A program made the translations under genes and the position numbers. From Myxococcota bacterium (lineage in GTDB: Bacteria > Myxococcota_A > UBA9160 > PR03): a stretch of DNA of 64,000 nt. Location of the stretch: contig JBFIML010000013.1 of NCBI GenBank assembly GCA_041611735.1, positions 12,188 to 76,187 on the forward strand, read 5' to 3'. A model generated the notes under the pieces. It was given only the letters and a program-made list of their open reading frames with translations. It was not told the DNA's origin and did not search any database. Shown in pieces: positions 9,526-24,155 of this stretch. Positions within the stretch are counted from its first letter, which is position 1. Every line of letters starts with the position of its first letter.

Positions 9526-10196
9526 TGGCCCGAAGCCCCCTGGGTCGCGTCGAACGGGTGGACGCGGGTGGCTCCCAGCGGAGAGAGCACCACCGCGTAG
9601 TCCCGGTTGGTGTTGGTCACGTACACGCCGCCGGCCCCGGAGCCGACCCCGGCCGTGACGAAGGGCGCCACGGAGAAGGCGCGCGGGATGCCGTCCGGCA
9701 GGAAGACGACCCACTGGGCCGGGTTGTTGGCGGGATCCACGAAGGTGAAGCCGCCGAAGCCGGCGCCGCAGCAGAGCCCGAGGGGATCGGGGTCCGTGGC
9801 CGGGGGGCCCGTGACGGCGGCCTGGGTGCTGCCCCAGTTGAGCGTCCCGGTCGGGTCCGCCAGCACCGTCACCCGGTTCTCGCCGGGATCGGCCAGTCCG
9901 TTGCCGTTGGTGTCCTGCACCATCAGGGCGGCGAGCCGGTTGCCGGCGCCGTCCAGCAGCGGATTGCCCGCCGGATCGAGCCAGAAGAACACCGGGTGAT
10001 TGACGCGGGTGCGGATCGCCTCGGCGCGCGCGAGCTGCATCAGATCGGCCATGGAGCGGGTGGCGGCCCGCACGCGCAGGTCGCGCTGCCAGCGCTGGAA
10101 GCGCGGCACGGTCAGGGCCGAGAGCACCCCGATGATCGCCACCGCGACCATGAGCTCGATCATGCTGAAGCCCGCTCGTCCCCGAGCCGCACGCAT
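9513..10196 (-). CDS. fimU: FimU/FimT (GspH-like) minor pilin
   Basis: G|FSMIELMV, ARAEAIR motif; first gene of the minor-pilin operon; SD GGAGGT. Confidence 0.85.
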   Translation of the reverse strand: MRAARGRAGFSMIELMVAVAIIGVLSALTVPRFQRWQRDLRVRAATRSMADLMQLARAEAIRTRVNHPVFFWLDPAGNPLLDGAGNRLAALMVQDTNGNGLADPGENRVTVLADPTGTLNWGSTQAAVTGPPATDPDPLGLCCGAGFGGFTFVDPANNPAQWVVFLPDGIPRAFSVAPFVTAGVGSGAGGVYVTNTNRDYAVVLSPLGATRVHPFDATQGASGQWLN

Positions 10197-10233
10197 CGGA
10201 ACCTCCCCGGGCGCCTCGCCCGCCGGCCTGGAC

Positions 10234-10249
10234 AGCAAGCCGTGTGCCA
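10234..10249 (-). promoter_or_regulatory. sigma54 promoter of the fimU-pilVWX-pilY1 operon
   Basis: Minus strand TGGCAC-ACGGC-TTGCT, a consensus -24/-12 element 38 nt upstream of fimU. Confidence 0.85.
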
Positions 10250-10257
10250 GTGATCCG

Positions 10258-10285
10258 TTTTCGGCCAAGTCCCCGTTTCGCTTGA
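10258..10285 (-). promoter_or_regulatory. sigma28-type promoter motif upstream of fimU
   Basis: Minus strand TCAAG-N15-GCCGAAAA. Confidence 0.6.
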
Positions 10286-10357
10286 GGATTCGATGGATGC
10301 GCCGACTCCGTCGCTGCGCAGTGCGCTGCGGGGTCCGCAGGCGGCTGCGGGGCTCCC

Positions 10358-11845
10358 CTAGGGCCGCGCCTGGGCGGGCGTCGGGAGGACGGCGGGCAGC
10401 CGCAGGGCGAAGGCGGTGCGCGCCCCGGCCGGGGGCGGCGCCAGCTCGAGCCGGCCTCCGAGCTCCTCGGCCAGGCGCTGGGAGGTGGCCAGGCCCAGGC
10501 CGGTGCCCTCCCCGGGCGCCTTGCTGGTGAAGAAGGGGTCGAAGATGCGCTCGCGATCCTCCTCCGGGATGCCACAGCCGTGGTCGGCCACCAGGCACTC
10601 CACGGCGTCCGGGACCCGCCGGCCCGCCGCCGCCTCCGCGCCCTCTCCATCCCGCACGTCCAGGACCGCCGGGCGCACCCGGATCTCCACCCGCGGGTCG
10701 TCGGCGTCGCGCACCGCATCGGCGGCGTTCAGCGCCAGGTTGAGCAGGATCTGGGACACCGCGCCCGGGTCCCCGCGCACGCTCGGGAGGGCGCCTTCCT
10801 GGCGGACCTGGAAGCGCACCTTCCCGTAGCGGCGCTGGGCTTCGACCAGCGCCACGGTCTCCTCGGCCAGGGCGCGAAGATCCAGGGCCACGGCGGCGGC
10901 GCGGCGCGGAGGCCGGGAGAACTCGAGCAGCTGGCGCAGGATGCGCCGCACGCGCTCCCCCTGCTGGGCGGCCCGGGCCAGGTGCTCACGCGTTTCCGGC
11001 GCGCAGGCCGGATCGCGGCGCGCCAGATCGAGGAAGGCGAGCTGTGCGGCCACCGGGTTGCCCACCTCGTGGGCGACTCCCGCGGCGAGCCGGCCCACGG
11101 CAGCCAGGCGCTCCGCACGGGCCAGGCCGGCCCGGGCATGGCGGAGGCTGCGGTTCGCCTCGCGCAGCTCCGCCACCACCTTCTCGAGCGCCCCGGTGCG
11201 TCGCTCGAGAGCCGCGGTCATCTGGTTGAACGCGGTGGCCACCTCCGCCGCCTCGCGAGGCCCCTCCACCGGCACCCGGTTCGCGAGCTCCCCATCGGCC
11301 ACGGCCCCGGCCGCTTCGGCCAGGCGGCGGAGCGGGAGTACCACGCGACGTCGCAGCAGCGAGACCCCGAAGGCCGTGAAGATCGCCACGTCCACCAGCA
11401 GCACGATGGCCGCCGCGCCGAGGGGCGCCGCGCGCAGGCGCAGGGAGGCAGAGCGCGGCAGCCGCGCCACTGCCACCACGCCGTCGGGCTCCGCGGGAGC
11501 CCCGAAGCGAATCTCCTCCCAGGGGGCACCGGGTTGCAGCAGCGGCATGCGCCGCTCGCGCACGCTCGACGCCAGGGCGCGGGTCCTGGCATCGAGGCTG
11601 TCCGGGTCCGCGCCGGCCGGCTCCACGGAGCCGTCGGCCCGCAGGCGCCACCAGCGCGTCCCGGGGAGCAGCATGGGCTCCGGCTGGGGCGCCTGGAGCG
11701 CCTCGGCCAGCAGCGCCCGCCCCAGGACGTCGCGCAGGCGAGCCTCCCCGTGGCGGAGCAGCACTCCGGCGAGCACCGCCGTGGCCGCCAGCATGACCAG
11801 GGCCAGGCTCAGGATCACCTCGGCCTGCAGGCCGCTGCGCCGCAC
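10358..11845 (-). CDS. Membrane HAMP sensor histidine kinase (no dedicated response regulator adjacent)
   Basis: Two TM helices, HAMP (LPLRRL...AFNQM), H-box AHEVGNP, G-boxes DHGCG and GTGLGL; GTG start chosen just after the pilR stop. Confidence 0.85.
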   Translation of the reverse strand: MRRSGLQAEVILSLALVMLAATAVLAGVLLRHGEARLRDVLGRALLAEALQAPQPEPMLLPGTRWWRLRADGSVEPAGADPDSLDARTRALASSVRERRMPLLQPGAPWEEIRFGAPAEPDGVVAVARLPRSASLRLRAAPLGAAAIVLLVDVAIFTAFGVSLLRRRVVLPLRRLAEAAGAVADGELANRVPVEGPREAAEVATAFNQMTAALERRTGALEKVVAELREANRSLRHARAGLARAERLAAVGRLAAGVAHEVGNPVAAQLAFLDLARRDPACAPETREHLARAAQQGERVRRILRQLLEFSRPPRRAAAVALDLRALAEETVALVEAQRRYGKVRFQVRQEGALPSVRGDPGAVSQILLNLALNAADAVRDADDPRVEIRVRPAVLDVRDGEGAEAAAGRRVPDAVECLVADHGCGIPEEDRERIFDPFFTSKAPGEGTGLGLATSQRLAEELGGRLELAPPPAGARTAFALRLPAVLPTPAQARP

Positions 11846-11853
11846 GCTCGCGT

Positions 11854-14954
<3,101 letters not shown>

Positions 14955-14968
14955 GCCGGCCTCGGGGC

Positions 14969-16180
14969 CTAGCCCACCGTCTCTGCGATCTTGAAGATCG
15001 GCAGGTACATGGCGATCAGGATCGCGCCGATCGTGCCGCCCAGGAACACCATGAGCAGCGGCTCCAGCAGCGAGGTGAGTGCGGCCACCGCCTGATCCAC
15101 CTCGTCCTCGTAGAAGTCGGCGATCTTGCCGAGCATGGCGTCCATGGCCCCGGTCTGCTCACCCACGGTGATCATCTGGACCACCATGCCCGGGAACACC
15201 TTCGCCGCGGAGAGCGGCTCGGCGATCGTCTTGCCCTCCGAGATGCCGGTCCGGGTGTCCCGGAGACCGGCCTCGATCACCTTGTTGCCGGCCGTCCTGG
15301 CGCAGATCTCGAGGGCATCGAGGATCGGGACGCCGCTGGCGAGCATGGTGCCGAAAGTGCGGCTGAAGCGGGCCACCGCGACCTTCTTGAGCAGCGGCCC
15401 GAAGATCGGCAGTCGCAGGGCGATGGCATCGGTCCGGAAACGGAAGCGCGGCAGCCGCTTGCGGGCCTGGGAGAAGGCCACCCAGGCCAGCACGCTCACC
15501 ACGAGGAACGACACGATGTGGGCCTGCAGGAAGTGGCTGATGCCGATCACCATCTGGGTCGGGCCCGGCAGCACACCGCCGAAGTCGCGGAACATCTTCT
15601 CGAAGACCGGGATCACCTTCACCAGCAGCAGGGTGATCACCGCGATCGAGACCACGACCACCGCGATCGGGTAGACCATCGCGCTCTTCACCTTGCGCCG
15701 GAGAGCGTCGGCCTTCTCCAGATACGTGCCGAGGCGGTTCAGGATCGTGTCCAGGATGCCGCCCACCTCGCCGGCCGCGACCAGGTTCACGTACAGCTCG
15801 TCGAAGGCCTTGGGATGCTTGCCCAGGGCGTCCGCGAAGGTGGATCCCTGCTCCACGTCCGCCTTGACCCGGTTCAGCACGTTCTGGAACACCTTCTTCG
15901 GCTGCTGATCCGCCAGGATCTCCAGGCATTGGACGAGCGGCAGGCCCGCGTCGATCATCGTCGCGAACTGGCGAGTGAACGTCACCAGGTCTCGCGTCGC
16001 GATCCTGCCCTGGAAGAGCGTGATGCCCTCCAGCAGATCCTTCGGCTTGGTCTTCACCGCCATGGGCACGATCATCTGGGTTCGCAGCTGCGCCATCACG
16101 GCGGCCTCGCTGACGGCCTCCATGACCCCCTTCTTGATCGATCCCTGGCGGGTACGGCCTTCCCAGGCGTAGACGGGCAT
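14969..16180 (-). CDS. pilC: Type IV pilus platform protein PilC
   Basis: FTRQFATMIDAGLPL, GEVGGILD, MYLPIF. Confidence 0.96.
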   Translation of the reverse strand: MPVYAWEGRTRQGSIKKGVMEAVSEAAVMAQLRTQMIVPMAVKTKPKDLLEGITLFQGRIATRDLVTFTRQFATMIDAGLPLVQCLEILADQQPKKVFQNVLNRVKADVEQGSTFADALGKHPKAFDELYVNLVAAGEVGGILDTILNRLGTYLEKADALRRKVKSAMVYPIAVVVVSIAVITLLLVKVIPVFEKMFRDFGGVLPGPTQMVIGISHFLQAHIVSFLVVSVLAWVAFSQARKRLPRFRFRTDAIALRLPIFGPLLKKVAVARFSRTFGTMLASGVPILDALEICARTAGNKVIEAGLRDTRTGISEGKTIAEPLSAAKVFPGMVVQMITVGEQTGAMDAMLGKIADFYEDEVDQAVAALTSLLEPLLMVFLGGTIGAILIAMYLPIFKIAETVG

Positions 16181-16229
16181 GCCTCACTCCCTCATCGGTT
16201 GGCAGAAGGGCTCGCGCCTCCTCCGCTCC

Positions 16230-17333
16230 TCATCGCATCCGGCCAGTCCGCCGCATCGCGGGCGGCGCGCTCCCGCCCCCGATCAGGCTGCGCAGCTCGT
16301 CGAGATCGGGGCTCCGGGCGTGCGCATCGTCCAGCGAGATCATCTTTCGCTGATAGAGGCTGGCCAGGGACTGGTTCAGCGTCTGCATGCCGAACTTGTC
16401 CTGCCCCACCTGCATCTGCGAGTACATCTGATGGATCTTGTCCTCGCGGATCAGGTTGCGGATCGCCGCGTTCGGGACCATGAGCTCCACCGCCATGGCA
16501 CGCCCGGGCCCGTTGGCCCGCGGGATCAAGGTCTGGCACAGGACGCCCTCCAGCACGAAGGAGAGCTGCGCTCGGACCTGACCCTGCTGGTAGGGCGGAA
16601 ACACGTCCACGATGCGGTTGATGGTCTGCACCGCCGAATTGGTGTGCAGCGTCGCGAGGCACAGGTGCCCGGTCTCCGAGACCGTGAGGGCCGCCTCGAT
16701 GGTCTCCAGATCCCGCAGCTCGCCCACCAGGACCACGTCCGGATCCTGGCGCAGGATGTACTTCAGGGCGGTGGCGAAGTTCTTGGTGTCCGCGCCCACC
16801 TCGCGCTGGTTGACCAGACACGCCTTGTGCGGGTGGAGGTACTCGATCGGGTCCTCGATCGTGACGATGTGCTCCTTGCGCTCGCTGTTGATGCGGTCGA
16901 TCATGCTGGCGAGCGTGGTGGACTTTCCGGACCCGGTGGGGCCCGTGACCAGGATCAGCCCGCGCGGCTTCTTGGTGAGTTCCGAGACCACCTTGGGAAG
17001 CCCCAGTTCGTCCAGGCTCATGATCTTGTAGGGGATGGCCCGGAAGGCCCCGGCCACCGCACCCCGCTGCATGAAGATGTTGGCCCGGAAGCGCGACAGA
17101 CCACGCACGCCGAACGACAGGTCGAGCTCGCTGTTCTCCTCGAACTTGTGCTTCTGGGCGTCGGTCAAGATCGAGTAGCAGAGCTGCTTGGTCTCCGGCG
17201 GCCCGAGCGGCGCCATCTGCATGGGCATGAGCTTGCCGTCCACCCGGAACTGGGGCGGACTGTTGGTGGTGACGTGCAGGTCGCTCGCCCCCTTCTCGAT
17301 CATCGACTTCAAGAGCTGGTGAAGGTTGGCCAT
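16230..17333 (-). CDS. pilT: Type IV pilus retraction ATPase PilT
   Basis: GPTGSGKST, LRQDPD, AIRNLIRE. Confidence 0.97.
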   Translation of the reverse strand: MANLHQLLKSMIEKGASDLHVTTNSPPQFRVDGKLMPMQMAPLGPPETKQLCYSILTDAQKHKFEENSELDLSFGVRGLSRFRANIFMQRGAVAGAFRAIPYKIMSLDELGLPKVVSELTKKPRGLILVTGPTGSGKSTTLASMIDRINSERKEHIVTIEDPIEYLHPHKACLVNQREVGADTKNFATALKYILRQDPDVVLVGELRDLETIEAALTVSETGHLCLATLHTNSAVQTINRIVDVFPPYQQGQVRAQLSFVLEGVLCQTLIPRANGPGRAMAVELMVPNAAIRNLIREDKIHQMYSQMQVGQDKFGMQTLNQSLASLYQRKMISLDDAHARSPDLDELRSLIGGGSAPPAMRRTGRMR

Positions 17334-17346
17334 GCTTGCTCCGCTC

Positions 17347-19047
<1,701 letters not shown>

Positions 19048-19173
19048 CGCACTCCCTCTCCACGCCGCGGCGCGCCGCGGGCGGCCCGAGCCGCCCGGCG
19101 GCCCGAAAGCCGGGGCCGCGCGGTCGGTTGGCGGTCCGCCTGCGGGTAGGCGAAACCTGTCGATCCCGCAGGG

Positions 19174-19201
19174 TTATCGGCGGCGGGGGTTGGGATCTTT
19201 A
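19174..19201 (-). promoter_or_regulatory. sigma28 promoter of the pilB-pilT-pilC-pilS-pilR operon
   Basis: Minus strand TAAAG-N15-GCCGATAA, the textbook FliA consensus; overlaps the stop codon of the upstream gene, about 127 nt before pilB. Confidence 0.8.
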
Positions 19202-20250
19202 CTGGGGTCTGCGGCCGCGGCGTCCGAGAGCTCCTCGAGCCCCGTGTGGCGCACCCGGAGCACGGCCAGGCCCGCGAGCGTCACCGTCACCCAGAAGACC
19301 ACGTGGACCAGGGTCCCGACCGCCACCGCCAGCTCGGGGGAGACCCCGAAGCGGGTCAGGGCCTCCCGGCAGGCGTAGTGGTAGGGCCCGAAGAAGCCGG
19401 GCGCGGAGGGGACCGCCACGGCGATTCCGACCGCCACCAGGGTGACGTACGAGGCCGCCACCATGCGCTCGAGGCTGCCCAGGTCGACCCCGAGGGCCAG
19501 CAGCCCCACCGCAAAGGGGATGGGGGAGATCACCAGCCAGATCAGGACCGAGTGGAGCCCCACCCAGATCAGGTGGCGGCCGCCCTGGAGCGAGCCCAAC
19601 CCTTCTGCGATGCGGTGGAGGAGCGCCTCCACGTTCGCGGTCACCCGCAGCGGCAGCACCAGGCCGAGCACCCTCCCGGCCAGACGGATGGTGCGGTCCG
19701 GGGCCGCCCGCAGCAGGGCCACGGCCCCCACCGGGATCGCCGCCGCCAGCGCCAGCGGCACCCCCACCGCCAGGCCCGCCTGCCCCGCGCCCGGCCCTCC
19801 CCGGACCCCGAACAGCAGCAGCGCGAGGCCCAGGACCACCATGGCGTCCAGCACGCGCTCGAGCACCACGGTGCCGAACAGCGACGCCGCCCGCGCCCCG
19901 GTCTCCCGCGCCAGGTACCAGGCCCGCACGAACTCCCCGATGCGCAGGGGAAAGATGTTGTTGGCCATGAAGCCGACCGCGGTGGCCCGGAACAGGGGAC
20001 CGTGGGAGATGGGTTGGACCGCGTCCGTCAGGTGCCGCCAGCGCAGCGCCCGCAGCCAGATCATGAGCAGGTGCAGCGGCACCGAGACGCCGACCAGCAG
20101 CAGCAGGTTCGCGCGCCGCATCTCGCGCCCGACCTCCGTGAAGGAGACGCCGCGCAGGGCGAGCCACAAGGTGAGCGCAGTGACGGCGCCCCCCACCCAG
20201 AAGCGAGCATCCCGCCACCAGGGTCGTCCCCTCCCGGATGCGCCGCTCAC
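19174..20250 (-). CDS. Lysylphosphatidylglycerol synthase TM-domain (flippase-like) membrane protein
   Basis: LRALRW, NNIFPLRIGE, ERVLD and PSAPGFFG motifs; multi-TM. Confidence 0.85.
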   Translation of the reverse strand: MSGASGRGRPWWRDARFWVGGAVTALTLWLALRGVSFTEVGREMRRANLLLLVGVSVPLHLLMIWLRALRWRHLTDAVQPISHGPLFRATAVGFMANNIFPLRIGEFVRAWYLARETGARAASLFGTVVLERVLDAMVVLGLALLLFGVRGGPGAGQAGLAVGVPLALAAAIPVGAVALLRAAPDRTIRLAGRVLGLVLPLRVTANVEALLHRIAEGLGSLQGGRHLIWVGLHSVLIWLVISPIPFAVGLLALGVDLGSLERMVAASYVTLVAVGIAVAVPSAPGFFGPYHYACREALTRFGVSPELAVAVGTLVHVVFWVTVTLAGLAVLRVRHTGLEELSDAAAADPSKDPNPRRR

Positions 20251-21185
20251 GCCTCCTCCAGGCGGCGACGGGCCTCGGCCACGTCCCGCCCGATCTGCGC
20301 CTGCAGCGCCTCGACGCTCGGGAAACGGCGCTCCTCGCGCAGGCGCGCCAAGAAGGCCAGCTCGATGCGACGGCCGTAGAGGTCTGCCTCGAAATCGAAC
20401 AGGTGCGACTCCGCCACCAACGCGTCTTGCTCGGCGAAGGTGGGACGCCGGCCGACGTTGGTCACGGAGCCGAACGGGCCGGCTGCCGGCTCCAGCAGCC
20501 GCACCCGCGTGGCGTAGACGCCGGAGGCCGGCAGGATCTCGTTCTCGAGCTCGAGGTTCGCGGTGGGGAAGCCGAGCGACCGGCCGCGGCGCGCGCCGGG
20601 CACCACACGGCCGCGCACCGTGTAGGCGCGGCCCAGCAGGCGGGCCGCCTCCGACACCTCGCCTTCCGCCAGCAGGCTGCGGATGCGCGTCGAATTGACG
20701 TCCCGCTCTCCGATCGTGACCTCCGGGACGATGGTGACCGCGAAACCGAGTCGCGGTCCCATCTCGGTGAGCAGGCGCATCGATCCTTCCCGGTCGCGCC
20801 CGAAGTGGAAGTCGTAGCCCACGTAGACCTCCAGCGGCCGGATCCGGGCGTGGACGTGGTCGCGCACGAAGCGCTCCGGGGGCGTGCGCGCGAACTCTCG
20901 GGAGAAGTGCTCGAGGATCACCAGATCGACCCCCTGCTCCACGAGGAGCTCGAGCTTCTGCTCCACGGTCGTGAGCAGGCCCGGGGCCCGCTCCGGCTGC
21001 AGCACCTTGCGGGGATGCGGCTCGAAGGTGTACACGACCGCCTGTCCGCCCAGGGCCCGAGCCCGGGCCACGACGGTCCGCACGATGGCGAGGTGGCCCA
21101 GGTGCAACCCATCGAAATTGCCGATGGTGAGCACCGGTCGCAGGGGCGGCTTCTCCAGCGCGGCGCTACCGGCGAGCACCCGCAA
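20247..21185 (-). CDS. ribF: Bifunctional riboflavin kinase / FAD synthetase
   Basis: IGNFDGLHLGH, GYDFHFG, LGFPTAN, NVGRRPTF. Confidence 0.97.
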   Translation of the reverse strand: MRVLAGSAALEKPPLRPVLTIGNFDGLHLGHLAIVRTVVARARALGGQAVVYTFEPHPRKVLQPERAPGLLTTVEQKLELLVEQGVDLVILEHFSREFARTPPERFVRDHVHARIRPLEVYVGYDFHFGRDREGSMRLLTEMGPRLGFAVTIVPEVTIGERDVNSTRIRSLLAEGEVSEAARLLGRAYTVRGRVVPGARRGRSLGFPTANLELENEILPASGVYATRVRLLEPAAGPFGSVTNVGRRPTFAEQDALVAESHLFDFEADLYGRRIELAFLARLREERRFPSVEALQAQIGRDVAEARRRLEEA

Positions 21186-21202
21186 GGCTAGACTCCCCCG
21201 CC

Positions 21203-22282
21203 ATGACGATCCTGCAGCGCTACCTGCTGCGGCGCTTCCTGATCCACTTCGCCGTGGTTTTCGTGCTCTTGATCCTCGCCGTCAGCGTCGTGGACACGCT
21301 CCTGGAGCTGGACGATCTGATGGGCGAGGCGGGCGGGGTGCGCGAGGCGCTCTGGTCCATGGCCCTCCGCGTGCCGGCCCTGCATCTCATGATCCTCATC
21401 CCGGCCACCGCCTTCGCCGCGGCCTTCGTGTCGCTGGGCATGGCGGCTCGCCGCGCCGAGATCATCGCCATGAAGGCAGGCGGGATCTCGCCCCTGCGCG
21501 TGGTCCTGCCCCTCCTGCTCGCGGCCGGCGTCGTCTCCGGGCTGGCCGGAATCCTGAACGAGACCCTGGTGGTGAGCTCGGTCCAGACCCGCCGCCAGCT
21601 CGACGGAAGCGACCGGGGCCAGCTGACCTTCCGGCGCGGCTCCTTCTGGTACCACCGCGGCCGCTTCGTCTACAACGTACAGGACGCGGACCCCGAGGCT
21701 CGCACGCTGCGGGGGGTCGCGGTCTTCGAGCTGGATCCCCGCGGAAGGCTGGTGCGCAGCATCCACGCGGCCCGCGCCGAGATCGCCGAATCGGGCGACT
21801 GGCGACTCCTGGACGCGAGCGTACGACGCTTCGACCCCGAGCAACCGGCGCAGCCCGTGCGCTTCGAGCGTCTGCCCGAAACCCAGCTCGCGCTGTCCGA
21901 AGAGCCCACGCTGACCCTCCTGCAGGCGGACGTGGAAGACCTCTCGCTTCGCGACCTGCGCGACTTCCTGGAGTCGGGCTCCGCGGAGGGCCTCAGCCTG
22001 GTGCGCGCCCGCGCACTCCTGCACGAGCGCCTGACGGATCCGCTCAGCGCCTTCTTGTTCGCGCTGCTGGCCGTCCCGCTCGGGCTCCGCGTGGAGCAGA
22101 CTCGCAGCCTGGCGCGACCCGCCCTCCAAGGCGTCGTCCTCCTGTTCCTCTTCTACCTGGCGCGGCAGTCCGGGGCCGAGTTCGCGCGCCAGGGCCTCGC
22201 CTCCCCGGTCGCCACGCCCTGGCTCATCTTCGCCGCCTTCGCGGCCCTCGGCCTGTGGCGGCTGCTCCGCGTCCCGCGCTAG
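21203..22282 (+). CDS. LptF/LptG-family permease
   Basis: ILQRYL N-terminus, EIIAMKAGGIS, 3 TM + periplasmic domain + 3 TM. Confidence 0.88.
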   Translation: MTILQRYLLRRFLIHFAVVFVLLILAVSVVDTLLELDDLMGEAGGVREALWSMALRVPALHLMILIPATAFAAAFVSLGMAARRAEIIAMKAGGISPLRVVLPLLLAAGVVSGLAGILNETLVVSSVQTRRQLDGSDRGQLTFRRGSFWYHRGRFVYNVQDADPEARTLRGVAVFELDPRGRLVRSIHAARAEIAESGDWRLLDASVRRFDPEQPAQPVRFERLPETQLALSEEPTLTLLQADVEDLSLRDLRDFLESGSAEGLSLVRARALLHERLTDPLSAFLFALLAVPLGLRVEQTRSLARPALQGVVLLFLFYLARQSGAEFARQGLASPVATPWLIFAAFAALGLWRLLRVPR

Positions 22283-23169
22283 GGCCGGCCCCCCCCCGGC
22301 GCGCTGAACAGCCGGAAGAAGTCGCTGCTCGACGGCAGGACGAGGGTAGTCTGCTTCCCGATGCTCTTGCGATACGCCTCCAGGCGCCGCACGAAGCCGT
22401 AGAACTCGGGAGCCTGACCGTGCGCGGCCGCGTAGATGCGGGCGGCCTCGGCGTCCCCCTCGCCGCGCAGCGTTTCCGCCTCGCGACGGGCTTCCGCCAC
22501 CAGCACCCGAGCCCCGCGGTCCGCCTCGGCCCGGATGCGCCGCCCCTCCTCGTCGCCCTCGGCGCGGTACTTGCGGGCCAGGCGCTGGCGATCGGCTCGC
22601 ATGCGCGCATAGACGTTCTGCTCCGTCCCGGTCGGCAGCTCGGTGCGGTTGATGCGCACGTCGCGAACCTCGACCCCGAAAGCCACCATCTCCTGGTTGC
22701 TCTCGCTGGTGATGGCTTGCATGATCTCCAGCCGCGCGCCGGTCACGACCTCCGAGAGCGTTCGCTGGCCGATCAGGTTGCGGACGTCCGCCCGCACCAC
22801 GCGGTCGATCTGGAGCTCCGCCTGGTCCCGCCCGCCCGGGAAGGCGGCGTGGAAGACCAGCGGGTCCTCGATGCGCCAGACCACGTAGTTGTCCACCACG
22901 AGCCGCTCCTCGTCCCGGGTCTGGATGGGAAGCGGCTCCGTGTTCAGGTAGAGCAGCCGGCCGTCGAAGGTGCGCACGTCGGTCACCAGCGGCCAGCGCA
23001 GCGAGAAGCCCGGCTCGGTGCGCACCGCGGTGGGCTTTCCGAACAGCAGCACGAGCTTCTGCTCGCCCTCTCGGGTGATGACGACCGGACCGACCCCGGC
23101 CTCGCCCCCCCAGACCAGCACCCCAGCCGCCACCCCGAGCACCAGCAGGGCCAGCACGAGACGCCTCAT
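22279..23169 (-). CDS. hflC: FtsH protease modulator HflC
   Basis: VVDNYVVWRIEDP, VYARMRADR, RAEG, APEFYGFVR. Confidence 0.92.
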   Translation of the reverse strand: MRRLVLALLVLGVAAGVLVWGGEAGVGPVVITREGEQKLVLLFGKPTAVRTEPGFSLRWPLVTDVRTFDGRLLYLNTEPLPIQTRDEERLVVDNYVVWRIEDPLVFHAAFPGGRDQAELQIDRVVRADVRNLIGQRTLSEVVTGARLEIMQAITSESNQEMVAFGVEVRDVRINRTELPTGTEQNVYARMRADRQRLARKYRAEGDEEGRRIRAEADRGARVLVAEARREAETLRGEGDAEAARIYAAAHGQAPEFYGFVRRLEAYRKSIGKQTTLVLPSSSDFFRLFSAPGGGRP

Positions 23170-24155
23170 CGCTCGCCCCCCTTCGACTCGCCACCCAGCA
23201 GGGGAAAGTGGGGCAGCACGCCGCTGCCGGGCTCGATCACCACCAGCCGCACCGAGGGCAGCACCTGCTCCATGGTCTCCAGGTAGAGCCGCGTTCGCAC
23301 CACGTCCGGCGCGCGTTGGTACTCCCCAGCCAGGGCCTGGAAGCGGTTCGCCTCTCCCTGGGCTTCGGCCACCAGGGCCTCCCGGTAGCCGCGCGCCGAC
23401 TCGCTGAGCTCGATGGCCTCGGCCCGCGCCTTCGGCAGCACCTCGTTGGCGTAGCCCTGGGCCTCGTTCATGGCGCGGCTGCGGTCCTGGATGGCGGCGA
23501 TCACGTCGTCGAAGGCGTCGCGCACCTCCCGGGGCGGCTGCACGTCCTGGAGCTGCACGGCCAGGACCACGAGACCCGACTCGTAGCGATCCAGCACGTC
23601 CTGGAGCACCGTCTCAGCTTCCGCCTCCACCTCTCCCCGCTTCTCCGAGAGCACGCCGTCGATGGTGGTGCGCCCGACCACCTCGCGCACCGCAGCCTGG
23701 GCTGCGTCGCGCAGGGTGAGCTGGGGCGAGGCCACCCGATAGCGGGAGGCGAAGGCGTCCTTGATGCGGTACTGCACCACGAAGCTCAAGTGCACGATGG
23801 CGTTGTCGCTGGTCTGCATGGCCGCTTCGAGCAGCTCCGGAGCGCTGGGATCCGGACCCGCTCCCGCGCGATAGCCGAACTCCTCACGCTCGATGGCCGC
23901 CACGGTGACCACGTCGTGCCGCTCCACGGGCGGCGGCAGGTGCCACTTGAGGCCGGGATCGACCTCGGTGCGGACGTACTGGCCCAGGCGCAGGATGACC
24001 GCCGCCTGTCCGGGCTGGAGCTGGTAGACGCCGAGCCAGCCCCAGGCACCCAGGACCCCGAGCACGAGCAGCAGCAGGCCCAGGCTTGCCGCCGTCTGGG
24101 CGGCGCCACCGCGCTGGGACGGCGCATCCCCCTCGGCTCGAGCGCGTCGAGCCAT
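23166..24155 (-). CDS. hflK: FtsH protease modulator HflK
   Basis: GLKWHLPPP, AFDDVIAA, RLYLETM. Confidence 0.92.
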   Translation of the reverse strand: MARRARAEGDAPSQRGGAAQTAASLGLLLLVLGVLGAWGWLGVYQLQPGQAAVILRLGQYVRTEVDPGLKWHLPPPVERHDVVTVAAIEREEFGYRAGAGPDPSAPELLEAAMQTSDNAIVHLSFVVQYRIKDAFASRYRVASPQLTLRDAAQAAVREVVGRTTIDGVLSEKRGEVEAEAETVLQDVLDRYESGLVVLAVQLQDVQPPREVRDAFDDVIAAIQDRSRAMNEAQGYANEVLPKARAEAIELSESARGYREALVAEAQGEANRFQALAGEYQRAPDVVRTRLYLETMEQVLPSVRLVVIEPGSGVLPHFPLLGGESKGGER

